A DNA stretch of 60,778 nucleotides, filler included, from Circinaria calcarea (Eukaryota), in the NCBI GenBank assembly GCA_051942165.1. It is 9 parts of 9 records of this genome, joined end to end, with 100 filler letters (N's around TTAATTAATTAA, not from the genome) between each part and the next. Parts side by side here need not be neighbours in the genome. Positions count along the whole stretch, not along the records: positions 33,854 to 40,516 come from JAVECS010001524.1; positions 40,617 to 47,277 come from JAVECS010001525.1; positions 47,378 to 54,030 come from JAVECS010001526.1; 6 more parts are not named here. The stretch is one strand, 5' to 3'. Below are positions 38,016 to 51,193 of the stretch, piece by piece; positions within the stretch are counted from its first letter, which is position 1; every line of letters begins with the position of its first letter. The notes beneath the pieces are model-generated. The model searched no databases. It saw only the letters and a program-made list of their open reading frames with translations, and was not told the DNA's origin. The translations under genes and the position numbers were made by a program.

Positions 38016-39662
38016 ATGGATTTTTCCAGCATTCTGACAATGGGGGTCCTTACTGTGGCACTTTACTACTTTCTGCAATTCCTCACGCCCAAACTTGATC
38101 CTCGAGAGCCGCCCCTTATCTCTGCAAAAATACCATTTATTGGGCATCTTGTGGGCCTTTTACGTTACGGTGTCCCATACTATGCGAAAGCAAGGCATGA
38201 CATCCGCTCAACATATTCGCAAGCCTCATACCTGACTGGCAATTGCTAGTGCGAGGCATCCATTGCATCCCTTGCCAGCTTATACTCTCGACTTGTTCTA
38301 CATAAAGTTATACGTTGTCAATTCAGCAAGCCTGGTTTCTACGGTGCAGCGCAATCACAAAACGATCTCTTTTGATCCTTTTTTGACAGCTGCCGCCAAC
38401 CGTTTGTCCGGTATAAGTGGTGATGGGCTGAAGCTGCTTCAAGAGACAGAGAGCGGCGGTGGTGGGATCAACAATAGAATTTTGCACTCCATGCACCCAG
38501 CATTGCTAGGACCTGGCTTGGATATATAAAAACATGATCAAAAATCTCAAAGCCTCGATAGATAAGTTGGAGTCAGACCAGACTTCGTTTAACCTACACC
38601 ACTGGTGCAGGCACGCCATAGCTGTTGCCAGTACTGATGCATTTTATGGCCCTCTCAATCCGTATAAAGATCAAGGAATTGAGAGTGCACTCTGGTAAAT
38701 CTATCGCTGGATCCTTTACGTGCCTAACAAATACTTACCTATTAGGGATTACGAGTCTAACCTCAGCGTTTTTACTACTCAGAATCTTGCCAAAAATTAC
38801 CGCCCGCAAGGCTTTCAGAGCTCGAGAAAGGATTGTAGCCAGCTTCGTCAAGTATTACAAAGCAGGTGGTCAGGAAAATTCTTCACAAATGACTTACGGA
38901 AGATGGAAAACACAACATGATGCGGGCGCCACCGTTGAAGATATTGCCAGGCTTGAAACCGCTGCGGGTATCGGCATTCTCTCAAACACGGTCCCTTCAA
39001 CCTTTTGGACGCTTTTTGAAATCTACTCTCGTCCGGAGCTGCTCACAAAGCTCCGAAAAGAAATCTCGAAGAATGCTCTGCACATAGACGGCTCCAGCGC
39101 CACACATATCATTGATCTTGCCGACATTAAAGATCAGTGCCCGCTTCTCCTCTCGACTTTTCAAGAAGTCCTCCGCTTGAGATCTAACGGCGCTCCAACT
39201 CGTCTTGTGTATAAAGATATAGTGCTAAATGATCAGTATCTCCTCAAGGCAGGCGGAGTGCTGCAGATGCCATCAGAATGCATCAATCGCGAAAGCTCAA
39301 CATGGGGAGCGAGTTCCTCGGAATTCAATCCAGCACGATTCGTTGCCAATGGCGAGCCAAAACAAAGCAGCAGAGCCACCGGTTTCATGTCTTTCGGGGC
39401 TTCGCCAAATGTCTGTCCGGGGAGGCATTTCGCTACCGGGGAGATTGTAGCTATGGTTGCCATGCTGTTGTTGAGATATGATATCACGCCGAATTATAGC
39501 TGGGCTCGCCCGAAACTAAATCCCAAAGCCATAGCGGTGTCCGTCACACCGCCGAGAGAGGAGTTTAAAGTTACGGTTTCGCCCAGAAAGGATTTTCAGG
39601 GCACTGAATAGACATTCAATATAACAGAAGGAAAAGGTAGATATCCTCTCGTTACTGGCTAG
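38016..39662 (+). pseudogene. Cytochrome P450 (CYP7/prostacyclin-synthase-like fungal group) with inactivating lesions
   Basis: DPREPPLI..IPFIGHLVGL, SNTVPSTFW, FQEVLR, FNPARF, FGASPNVCPGRHFA. Frameshift with TAA at 38527-38529, +1 T in the run near 38769-38773, and TAG at 39609-39611 before a natural-looking tail TFNITEGKGRYPLVTG-TAG. Confidence 0.8.
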
Positions 39663-40616
39663 AACCTGATGCGTCTTGTGTGCCTACAAATGACCTTACC
39701 TGCTTGTGCATGAGGAACAACGGGCTTGGTACCGCCATTGAGATTAACGTAATAAGGCTATGAAGGGTACGGTAGCTACAAGCTGTGAACTTACTATCTA
39801 GACTGGGTTAAGACCACTTCAATTTACTACGTATCTAACTGTTTCCTTTCATACCAGTGTGCCACTCTGCTTGCGTGGGGTGAACACCGGCATTGCCGAA
39901 CCAGCCAAAAACAAACGAGCGTTATAATTGGAGAAGATGGCGGGGAAACAGCTTTAATTGGGCGCTTTTTCGTTCCGTATCTCAGCGATCCCTCGAGTAT
40001 TCTCCCACCCACACAAACTCTTTACACAGAATTTCATAGCATCACAAGAGTATTTCAGTAGCATTGATCAATATATATATTCCGGTTTACAGTGCAGCCT
40101 GCTGAAAACATAACGCCCTCCCTATAATACACACTCTTTTTCCCAGAGGCTACGCGCAGATACTTTAGAGTACTAGATCTCTAACTATATTGAACATGCA
40201 ATAATGTGTGGTGGCATTTATGCTATATACGAGTATATTCCTTACTAAACTATTTATGCAGCGAAAAAGTGCTTTTATGATATGTATGGAAGTGTTGAGC
40301 ATGGACCTCCTATGCAACACATGCCTCGGTAAGCGCTATTACTTCCAACAAACTATTTGCTATGTACTAATATATTATACTGGAGAAATAGCATAGAGCG
40401 TTTCGCGCTGCTAGTAGTTCTGAGAATCTCTAAAACTCCTCATTTATACTGATCTATAGCACTAAGTTTGCTGTCCCCGTCCTTGGCTGATTGAATCCCG
40501 ACTAAAATGCATCTGANNNNNNNNNNNNNNNNNNNNNNNNNNNNNNNNNNNNNNNNNNNNTTAATTAATTAANNNNNNNNNNNNNNNNNNNNNNNNNNNN
40601 NNNNNNNNNNNNNNNN

Positions 40617-42470
40617 TACGGCGCGAATTGATCCTCTTGTGAGTCCCAAAGAGGCAAGCAGACATCTTCATACGATCAAGGGTGGAAGCGGTGAGTAATT
40701 CCCATCCCTGTCCGATAATGTCATGGCGGGCGCATGTTCAGTTCGGGTACCTGCAGCTTGGAGCGTGTAACTAATGCGATGTTTCTAATAGCGTTTTCGC
40801 CCAGTTCTACAGCAGATGACCTTCTGAAATCCGGCTGTACGTCATGCCAGGTCAAACAAGACAAATCGGCATACTGGGCTCCAAGTCTGTACTTTCAAGA
40901 CTCCATGGGGAACCTGAGCCCTGTACCCGAAATTTCGGGTCATCTCACGTAAGTATCATGTATATCAATTTCTTTGTAGACGTGCCTCGGAATACCAAAG
41001 TCTCATCAGCCGAGACCTGTGGCGTGGAGATTGCATTACAACCCTCGTGCACTCTTATCGAGTTCGAGAATACCGCAAGACATGAGCTAATTACTATCTC
41101 AGATACTACAAGCACACTCCTGCCTTTGTCAATGGTGTCTACACTCATCCTTCCGCGATGCCCAACGGGTTACAGATGATTTCGGGAGATCCATATCAAC
41201 GTAACTTCTCAGGCCTACCGGTTCCTGACCCACCTCTGCCATGGTCTGGTGTAGATGCTTCCCAAGCAGCTTTGCGTCAAAAGGCTATTGGTTTCAACTG
41301 TATGAACTACTCACCTGGTAAAAATCCCGAACCTTCTCTGTATCGTCATTTTCTACCGGAAAAGTCATTCATTGATACCAACTGTCCCGATGGCCTGCGT
41401 CTTGAACTTCTCTTCCCGCAATGCTGGAACGGCGAACTAGATAGTCCAGACCATCAGTCCCATGTCGCCTTTCCTGACGCTGGTATCAACGGAGGTACCT
41501 GCCCCGAGGGCTTCGACAAAGTCATCAATCAACTTTTCTTCGAAACCATATTCGATACCGCACAATTTAAAGGAAAGGATGGGTCATTTGTATTGTCGGA
41601 TGGTGATCCAACTGGTGAGTTCATCTTTGATACTGTGATGAAGGGTTTGCACTACGACGAGGTGCTAACGCCACTTTAGGTTTTGGTTACCATGGAGATG
41701 TTATTGTTGCTTGGGACGAAGGCGTGTTGGATGCAGCTACTAAGCAATGCGGACCCGACTCCAGCCCATCCGACATTGGTCGCAATGGTGAAACAGAGAA
41801 ATGTCCAGTGTTCGAAATGGTTTCCGTGAAAGATCAACGAGAGTGCAAGATTGAAGTTCCTTCAATACTTGAATCGGATGTTATCACAGGTTCAGTACAG
41901 TATCTTCCTGGTAAAGTTGCCATTATTGCTGGTCCAGGTTATGCCAAAGCCGGTGGATCCGATGGATCCGATGTTGCACCAGTTCAAAAGCAGTATGATC
42001 CATTAGCGACCCCGAGCGATACCACTGGGACTACAGGCTCCAAGATGGAAAATGGCAATGTGTTTAAAGTCGATGCTGCCACATCTACATCGTCGTCGAC
42101 CTCCAGTAGCATGTATTCCATGGAAGCTGAATCATCTCTCTCGTCGTCGTCCTCTTCATCAACTCCGGAGGCCGTCGCTACCACATCTTCCGTGCCAGCA
42201 CCTCCTCCACCACCACCTGCAGCAATGACTTCTGCACCTGCGGCACCCGCCAATAACAACGCAGGCGCAGTTGACTTGGGGCTGTCAACTATCACTACCT
42301 CCTGGTACACCCAGGGCCAGGAGGTGTATGAGGTCATTGTGGTGGCGGAGGAGGTGACCGTGACCGTTCCCGGAGGTGGGGCTACGCCGGCACCGGGTGC
42401 CAAGGCCAAGCGGGACTTTTTGCACCGACACGGTCGTCGGCATGCACACCATGGGGGTCGCCATCAGTAG
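40617..42470 (+). CDS. DUF1996-family putative secreted protein (5' truncated), multi-exon, Ser/Thr/Pro-rich linker, His-rich tail
   Basis: ARIDPLVSP..HLHTIKGGS|..CTSCQVKQDKSAYWAPSLYF|..GLQMISGD..CPDGLRLELLFPQCWNG..DHQSHVA..LSDGDPTG|FGYHGD. Confidence 0.88.
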
Positions 42471-43594
42471 TGATGCGGCCTCGGTTGGTGAAAGGGGGGT
42501 GGGTTGTTGGAAAGGGGGCAGAGGGTGTTCTTTTTTTATTTTCTGTGAATGTTTTCAGTAAATAGAAACATATGGGGGAGAAAACGCTGGACGTCCCTCG
42601 CCGTTGCTGTGTGATAGCTGTGATGAGAAAAAATAGCGGTTTTGTAATTTTTCTCAGCAAAACCTGGAGAAAATGCAAAAAAATACATATATCCCTCCCG
42701 GAAACCCTATTCAAAATCCACGGAATCATTTTTCAATGCCGTGAAATCTATCATGTAACTTGTGTGACTTGTGACCTCCCCCTCCCCTTATTGTAAGGGC
42801 TCTCTACCCGAGAACCCCTACGAACCCTGCGGGGGAACTATACACCGAGGTCACGATGTATTAATTTAGCGAGAAAGGTTTTCCTCGCGAAACGTTACAC
42901 GAGAACTCTTTAGCAATAATTCATACGCTGATGCGAACCAATTGAGCTCATTATCACACAATTTACTGACCCTTATCGTAAGATCACTATACTATTCGTA
43001 AAGGATCCTTACATTTTTCTCACGATTCTACGGGCAAATTTACGTGTAAATGAGCGGAGATAGAGGAAGGATATAAAAAAGCTCTTATAGATCTAATTAC
43101 ATAATTCTTTTTAAAAAAAAGGAGGTAGAATAAGCGAAGAAATACTTTTTCTTATACGTCGCGCGCGCTGCGCGCTTTAGGTCTCGCTTTAGGTCTGTCA
43201 ATATTGGTAGACCTTAGATATCATTTTTAGTGCCGTCATCCACCTGTCATCCACGCTAAATTTTGCCCAAAAGTTAGGTCCGCGGGGCACAAAAACAGGC
43301 CTGGAACGCTGAAAATTAGGTGTGAACAAAGGGCGTGGATGACGGTCTTGGCGTCATCCGATAACGCCAAGACCTATGATACCAGCTAAAAACTACTGTG
43401 TAGAGCTTCTCAACGCGCATGCTGGAAGCGAGCCTAAGTCTAACCAAAAGGCGCCTAGCGCATCGACAATTTTAAGTTGTCACATTAAAATTTTCCGCTC
43501 ACTTTGATGCTTATTATAGATAAGAGAGACCAGAAGTGACCAAACACTGACACGGCTACCGAGCTCTATCATAGCATTCGTCGTGAAACCAGTC

Positions 43595-45469
43595 ATGGAG
43601 GGCATGATGGAATGGCAGTCACAGACTCCCATGCCGGATCTTGCAAGAAGAACCAAAGGTAGGCAGCGTTTTTCGAGTGGAAACACAGCACTTCATGCAG
43701 CTTGAGGAAGCAGCTGATATACGGCTGCTTTCAGATCCTGATTGGGAGCGAAAGCAACGAGATCGGGAGTATCGGGTAGCGGCTAGACGTGAGAAGCGAA
43801 ATCGTAAGGCAGACGAGAAGAAGCAACGTAAGCTCAATGCTACCATCTTACGGCGTATGGTTAGTCACTACTGCAGCTCACAAGTGACATGGGACGGTCG
43901 CTGAACGCTCAAGGCAGACCAGGAATCCCGACAAGTACACAAAAAATGCGGAGCGTAATCGGTTAAGAGATATCGACGGCGAAAGAAGAAAAATTCGGAC
44001 AGAAGCACTGAAGCAAGTCCAGCACCTGGCGGCGGTGCACGACCCTTCGGGCGTGATGTTTAACGTGGGACCGGTGATCACTCAGGAAGATGGTACAGTT
44101 ATATCGCTAGAAACAATAAGAAGGCGTCAGGAGAGGGAGGCTATGGAACAAGCTAAGAAAAATGCGAACCTAGGGACAGTTGGAGGAACATACGACGTCA
44201 AAGCTGAGTTCCAGGTAACGGGAAATAGGGACAAAACGGAGAATGACAAAGTCACCGGCGCAGCAGTCAATGGGATAAACCCTGCTCGACTATCACGAAT
44301 TGATGCTGTCAAACCACATATAGCACTGAAAGGCATGAGCAAAACGCAACAAAAGAAGTTAGCTGCAATGGAACCTAGACCACCGCCTCCAAAGCCCATA
44401 ATTCCTGACGGGATATCTATCCCTAAAGGCGAAGAGGACTGGCTTGCGTTATGGGACCTTCCAGATGAGCAACTTGAACGTAGAGTTATCAGAGCGAAGC
44501 GGCGTAAAGCGGCTGAGAGGAAAGCTCTAAGGACGAAGCAGCAGTGTGGTAAAATCGAGCGACGAGCAGCTAGGGACGAAAAGCGTAAGGTCTACCGTGA
44601 GCTTAAACTGACTTGGAAAACAATTAAGGGTAATTCTCCTATTTGATGGTTGTCGCTTTTCTATTCTGATAGATTGTCTAGAGGAAGAAACGAGACACAA
44701 AACTAAAGTAAGGAGTATAGAAGAAGAAGAAGCGAAGCGTATCGCCGTTGAAATCAACCGTTTTGATCGAAAAGCAGCTCTAAATCGCTGTGCGCAGTTT
44801 GGCTTCACGCTTGAAAACACTCCCGGGGTCAATGAGATCAAGCCGAAAGCTCTAGGTATGAAAGGTGTGGATGTTGACTTCGAAGCATTGGAGCTAGGAG
44901 AATCCTTGAACGACGTTAAACCTAAGGGGAGCAAGAAGCGAGTGGACCTTTCTACCGTTCCAGAGCAAGCCGGCACACAACTTGTCCCCTCCGCGCCGAA
45001 GGATGGCCATGATTCAGGGGAGTACATCAAGCTTGACGTGGGCGAGGGCCAAGACTATGAAGCTCTAAATTTCAACCACAAGCTAAGACGTAAGTTGCGG
45101 AGAGCAATTGAAAATGCCGAAATTCGCAAAGAAGTGCTTGTTCGGGAACGCGTAATAGACCTTTGCAAAGAGCGAGGACTTGAGCCTCCGCCAGAGATTT
45201 CAACGCCAGCCAAGCCAGTACATTTGAAAGGTCACCGTTTACTTGAGAACGGTACGCTTGAGACGGAAAAGCGAGAGAGGGTGAGGATGAGGATGGAGCT
45301 TGCCGAATATAACCAAGCTGCGCGTGTCTTACGAAAACAAGCCAAGCAGATCGCTATGGAAGCGGGATTGAGAGTGTACGCGGAGATGACTGGTAGGATA
45401 CCGCCTAGGGGAAATCCTGGTAATGAAGAAAATTCCATAAGCTATGGTCCGGGATGGTATCGGGCGTGA
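43595..45469 (+). CDS. Lys/Arg/Glu-rich hypothetical protein, about four exons (introns ~43659-43734, ~43860-43917, ~44630-44681); 3' end approximate
   Basis: Consecutive ORFs 43641-43904, 44035-44646 and 44858-45469 are joined in frame by GT..AG introns with branch sites; first exon MEGMMEWQSQTPMPDLARRTK. Confidence 0.7.
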
Positions 45470-46609
45470 TCTAAAGTCCTTAATCACAGCGCACAGCGAC
45501 AGACCATGCGATGCAATAATCGTCGATATCGGTTTTGAGCACAAGGGTCAGTAGGGTTGAGCAGTCTACCGTGCAATCTAAACGATAGGCTCTGTTCTGC
45601 AGAAATCAATTATGGCACATGAACAAAGTCAGGTGTATGAGAACAGCTCTGCTCTACATCATTAGTAGTTGTTGTGTATCCATGAGGGTAACTTTGGCTT
45701 CTACAATCGGGAATGGACAAAAGAAATCCTATCAATTGTCTACTTGTCCAATAAAGTCGTCAGAACATAGTCTGATGCTCTAACTGGGGCCTTCGTCACA
45801 ATGTAGATCCCCGAGGTAGACAGCTTAGAGGACTCGACGACGACCGGAGGAGGTGCCGCATTTGAGCGACCAGTAAGCATGCTGGATGATCTGGGATAGG
45901 ATGAAAATTAATGGTGATGGTAAAATAACCATAGGTTGATTATGACAGTCTTACAAGAATATAAATGAATTGAACTGGGGTCACTGGGGGGATCAGGAGC
46001 AACAAGGGCATGGATGATCAAGCATAAACCATTGTCGACTGCTGTATGCTTGATGAGATGTGGCTGGAATCGACTCTTTGCTCAAAAGAAAAGGCGTAAT
46101 AATTCGAAGATCAATCCACCACAAACTACAAATGCGAGTAGGCCTATCCAAGTTTAGCACGGGTCAGTATCCAGACGACATGACGTGCAACATACCAATC
46201 CATAGTGGTGATATTGGAGATTTAAATTTCTGCTTCTGCTTCAGAGCACTTTCTGGCCTTCCCCTCTTCGCAGTCTCCAGGCGAGCATAGCGCTCATTCG
46301 CCTTCCGCTGCTGTGGTGTTTGTGCCTGCAATAGATGAGCTCACTGACCACCGTTCAGGGAGACTGAGCTTCAACACACCATACTATATCTTGAGCCTTC
46401 AACTTGAACTCGGTCGAATCGTTGGGTGGTGGAGTCAAAGGCGGAGGTTGTTTTTGGCCGCCATTCGGCCCGCCCCTCCGCGAAGGCAGGAGATCAACAT
46501 AATCTCATGTTATTTGACTGCGAAGCTACGCACGCCCTTCAAAATTCCAAACGTACTCTAGCATCAATCATTGAGTCTCCACTTTACAGTCTTCTCTCTA
46601 TAGTTTTCG

Positions 46610-47155
46610 ATGATTAACAGCCCAAACACTTCTGCAAGTCACCAAGATTTTGCGCGTTGCACTTCAATAGGCGCTCGGCGATCCCCAAAGCGGAATGCTT
46701 CAACCCAGCAAGTCCATCGAGAGCACTCAAACATGAACCCCAAGCAAGTTTCACCTCATGTACGTGTCAAGTCGTATACCTCCCTAAGCACATTGATCGT
46801 AGGTTTGGAAGTCTGACATCTACAATTTAAAGGTTGCATTCTACAAATTCTTTGGGCGCCCAATTCTCAAGGTAATACTCAAGACTCCTCCACTATTCCA
46901 GAACTTCTACGTTCCAATTGTTATGGCTCCAGTACGGCATAAGAGCTAAGTAATTCATCAAGGTTTTCCTTGGAGGGGTCTTTACATATCAATCCGCATA
47001 CTGGCTGTGGAGGAAGCTCGAGAATGATGAGTTGAAGCAACGGAAAATAGGTTCGGTAGCATTACGTTAAGAAAATACTTATTAACTAACTTTATTATTT
47101 AGAAACAATAACTTATTTGGAAACAAACCTTCGTAAAAATATAAAAAAAAATTAA
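46610..47155 (+). CDS. Small single-pass, probably mitochondrial inner-membrane protein (resembles proteins annotated Ina17-like); exons 46610-46759, 46833-46871, 46963-47050, 47103-47155
   Basis: Splicing GTACGT..AAG, GTAATA..AAG and GTTCGG..TAG introns gives ...RRSPKRNASTQ...VSPH|VAFYKFFGRPILK|VFLGGVFTYQSAYWLWRKLENDELKQRKI|ETITYLETNL...: a basic presequence-like N-terminus, one TM and a coiled coil. Confidence 0.7.
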
Positions 47156-48447
47156 TTTAGAGAATAATTTTAAAAATTATTAAAAATTAAATAAAAATTA
47201 ATTTAATTAATATATTATAAGTTGAAATACGGTGCATTCCTCCTTACTAGCGAGTTGCTATAGGCAACACCCAATAGNNNNNNNNNNNNNNNNNNNNNNN
47301 NNNNNNNNNNNNNNNNNNNNNTTAATTAATTAANNNNNNNNNNNNNNNNNNNNNNNNNNNNNNNNNNNNNNNNNNNNATTATCTTCTACCTGCGAGCTCA
47401 TTGCTGACGAACCATCCCAAACCCAAACCACTTCGCATACCTCCTTCCAATGCTATTCATCCTTTCCTTCAACATTCCACCTGCCCAGATGCAGCGGATT
47501 TCCTGCGTACCCCTGGCCCGCCCGCCAGCCTCCCAGCGAATTCTTCAACTTAATTCCCCTTCCCCCGTCTAGACGAGCTGCTTTTTTGCTTTTGGGCGGA
47601 AGGATTTTGATATCGTATCCGGGGTTCTAATATCGTCCTCATCGAGCTCATGCATATCTTCAGCTTGTTACTGTCCTCGTGCGGCTTTAGTCGTTATCTT
47701 TCCCCTATTCGGCCTGTTCCCCGCCCTATCAACGCATTCTTAGAAGAGCTGGCGATTATACATCATCGTCAAATCGTCTATTACAATTGTCTAGCTGCTT
47801 TGCCCTTGTTACTTGGTGGTGGGAATGGTTGTTGTCTTTCACAGATAAGGGCGCCATACTTGCGTTGTAGTTACTCCCCAAATGTTGAATAGCAATAATT
47901 ACTACCAGGTTCTGGATTTCTAACGTCTCATGATTCCCCCATGGAGACGCCCTTGGCCAGTACTCAGATATTTACATCCTCTTGTTCCTTATCCCGCTTC
48001 ATGAAAATAATTAATTTTTCGGTATAGTAGCCCAAGCATACTACCCTTCGATTGAGCCTTCAGGGTGAACAGCACCGAGTCATACCTTATAACCACGAGA
48101 TAATCTATTATAGTATCCCCAAGGATATTGCCTTACTGGTACTGTAGTAGTAATACCTCTATTATTCTGATACATCTCCATCGACGGTCCGGAACATTCT
48201 TATATCGCTGAGCTAATCACCCCGTCAGCTTCGTTTTAAATTTCCGTGTATGACATCGTTATAGAGATCACCTCTTGTCGACATTAGCTTACCCTCCTAA
48301 CACTCTGAGTTGTTGATGCTCGTGCGGAATCTATCATGTCGAGAGCATTCGTATTCATACTCCGGGACCTTGATCGCTATGGAAGTCCTGTGTAAGTGAG
48401 CTCACTGGAAACATGACTGGATGCTCCACAGAAGAATGAGCTGTGAC

Positions 48448-51193
48448 ATGGAGAAGGTGGTGGAGGATTGGAAAGCAGAGCGACAGAAGAAGAATGCGAG
48501 GTAGAAACCACGCAGAGACTGAAGATGCGCAGTACATCAAGGCTCACCTATACAGAGATAGTGCCTGCTGTCCAACGCCTTACTGAACCAACAACCTTGG
48601 CGTGCTCTGCATCTATCGAAGTTCTATGCATCGTTCGACTCTCGAGAAGCGTCGCGATAGCCACACAGCAGACACAACTGACGGCAACATCCGAAAGATA
48701 CCGTATATATGAGCAAAATGCTGGGAGCGCGTGACTTGAAGTCAACAAAAGAATGAAAAGGAAAACCGGGCGAATAGATACATAGCTGGAAGGTAAGAAA
48801 GACGCCGACGGTCAAGTCTGCAGCGATCATGCGAAGATCCGATAAAGAGTTATACTGGGGAACTGGATTGATCTGCGGATGGTAATACACCTAGGATCAG
48901 TCACAATGGCATAAAGAGCACATGCTGGAGCTGCAGCTTACTGCTGTCTTTCTGGACAGGTACCGGGATGAACCAGCTAATGGATTGCTCGGAGCGGTTC
49001 ACAGTCCGAAATAACCTTCGTTGACTGCCTTATATTTCGCAACTTGCCGAAGAGAGCTGACAGTTCCCAATGAAGGCCGTGCCTTGAACCAACCAACATG
49101 GAAACTCAGACCCAAGGGGTAAAGTCCAGTAATTGCCGCACCCGGTAGATTACTCTGGGCAATCTACAGAAAGACGTACTTCCCACTAAACGTCGAGGAT
49201 ACTTGCGGTCTCGGATTCCCTAGTTAGGTTTGGACGACGTTACGACAACCATCAGTTCTGGTAAATGACCCAGGCCAGGCGGCAAACCAGAGTTTGAAGA
49301 GGGCCGATAATCGAGATTGCTTGATTCCTCGACCTGGTACCGAGGTTAGGGCTAGTACAAAGGTCAAACCGGAGCAGAGGCTCGACTGTCAATTTCCAGC
49401 AGACAATAGTGCAGCGATCCAATGAGTCAGTGCAGCTTGCGAACAAAGTCGAACCTACCACCAGTACTCAAATGCCAAGAAGACTCGAGTACTAGATGTT
49501 GGTAACAAGAGGGACTCAGTTCAGAGTGCATATCGGACCGATCCACGTATCAAGAAAATCTTGAGTGCCAGTGCTATCATCAGCACTCCATCCAACGGCC
49601 CAACTCAGTCTAATGAAAGGAATGATATAGATCATTGACCAGCAAGGCTTGCAACAGTCCCGAGGTCAAGCAAAACAGACGTCCAATATCATAAAAAAGT
49701 TAAGGCGGCCATTTGGTGGAGAAGTCAAGAAGCAGCTACTGTCCTTTTTATTTCCATCTTGAGACAAAGTAGCCAGGACAAAAAATTTGCCAATCTATAT
49801 AACCCGTTAGAGGTTGTGGTGAAGCAAGGGTTGAAATCAAGACCTGCCGTTGAGATGGTATAGTGAGGAGAGCCAGCAGAGGCAAAATCTTTTTTGGACC
49901 ACTATATTCGTGCTTGCCTTTTGAACAGGCCGAATTTTTGCAACCCGCGGAGTCTCCATGACAGGATTCATCGTCTACAGAACACTTAAGCCCTCAGTAA
50001 CTGTACTCGAACGCAGAATCCTAGTACTTACGGATGCGAATCCACCTAAGAGAGGGAAGGAGGAAGCCGCCCCTGCTAAAAGACCCAAAACATACCTGAA
50101 CAATCTCCAACATGGATACTTGTATTGAAAGAAGTGTGGGACCATGAATTCAAGCAACCAAAAGATCCCTCTCCCTGGCCTCGTCCTCGAGCGTAACACG
50201 AGTCCCTATATCAACGTTAAGCCAGCTCCTCCAGTTCGAGCCGGTACCTAAGCCACGCCTAATGCGAATAACCAACAACGCTGTTACTCTGAATCAAGGA
50301 CTGAACCGCATGCGGTAAAGAAACGGAAGCCGCCCGGTAAAGACGTCCAAACTCTTAAGATCAATAAGATTATCGCAACAGAACACAACGTCCAATCAAG
50401 GATCTAGGCTAGATCGCAGAGGCAAATGTACTGGTACCTGTCATTGAGCTTGCTCGGGCCCTGGTTATCATGTTAGGGCCGAGAAATGAGCGGGAAGAAA
50501 CAAAGCGTTTAACGTATGTGAATGAACAAACCGCAGTTATTCAACTCCCCAGCGACAGTGCCAGTATCAAACTTACCCGCCAAGTTGAAACTGGCTCAGA
50601 GTGCGAGGAGAAGCGCAGCCAAAACCAGTTCTTAACGCCATTCGAGCGTTAGGGATCAGGATAGCAACTGAGATATTAGAGGGAAAAGGAAGACAAAACA
50701 AAAGAGGGAAAAAGAGGACCGCTCCCAAACAAGAGATGGTATCACCATCAACTGATCATCCCGTCAAGGTGACAAGGAGATCCCTATGCGCGGTGCCAAA
50801 CGAGTAGATATAGAATTCTCTGTCTCCGAGGCTACGGCCCTCGCCAGTCATCCGCTTCCGCCACCATAGCAGCATCGATTAACCGACACCTCGAACTTTC
50901 TGCGTTATCGTATGGGCGATACCATTTTGCCATCTTGGTGTTTGACACTCAGTCATCAAAACCTAAGCTCTGACTGGGTGGGGATGGTACTCGATGCCAA
51001 ATGTTCAGGCCTACCCGAGTCCATATCTTTCGACAAGATCGAAGTCGTTGCTTGGGCAGAGAGCGGTGTACACGGCCCTTGCAGGACATCATTAGCTTTC
51101 AATGCCGACCAACTGAACCCGGTAATTGCGAGAAACGCAATCGAGATGCACCAACGGCTGGTGGTTGCTCGAACAAGGCGGAAACCTCCATAG
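48448..51193 (+). pseudogene. Heavily decayed protein-coding relic, family not identified
   Basis: Protein-like fragments on + broken by many stops, ending in a 93-aa globular-looking ORF (50912-51193: LSSDWVGMVLDAKCSG..VVAWAESG..NPVIARNAIEMHQ); boundaries uncertain. Confidence 0.3.
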
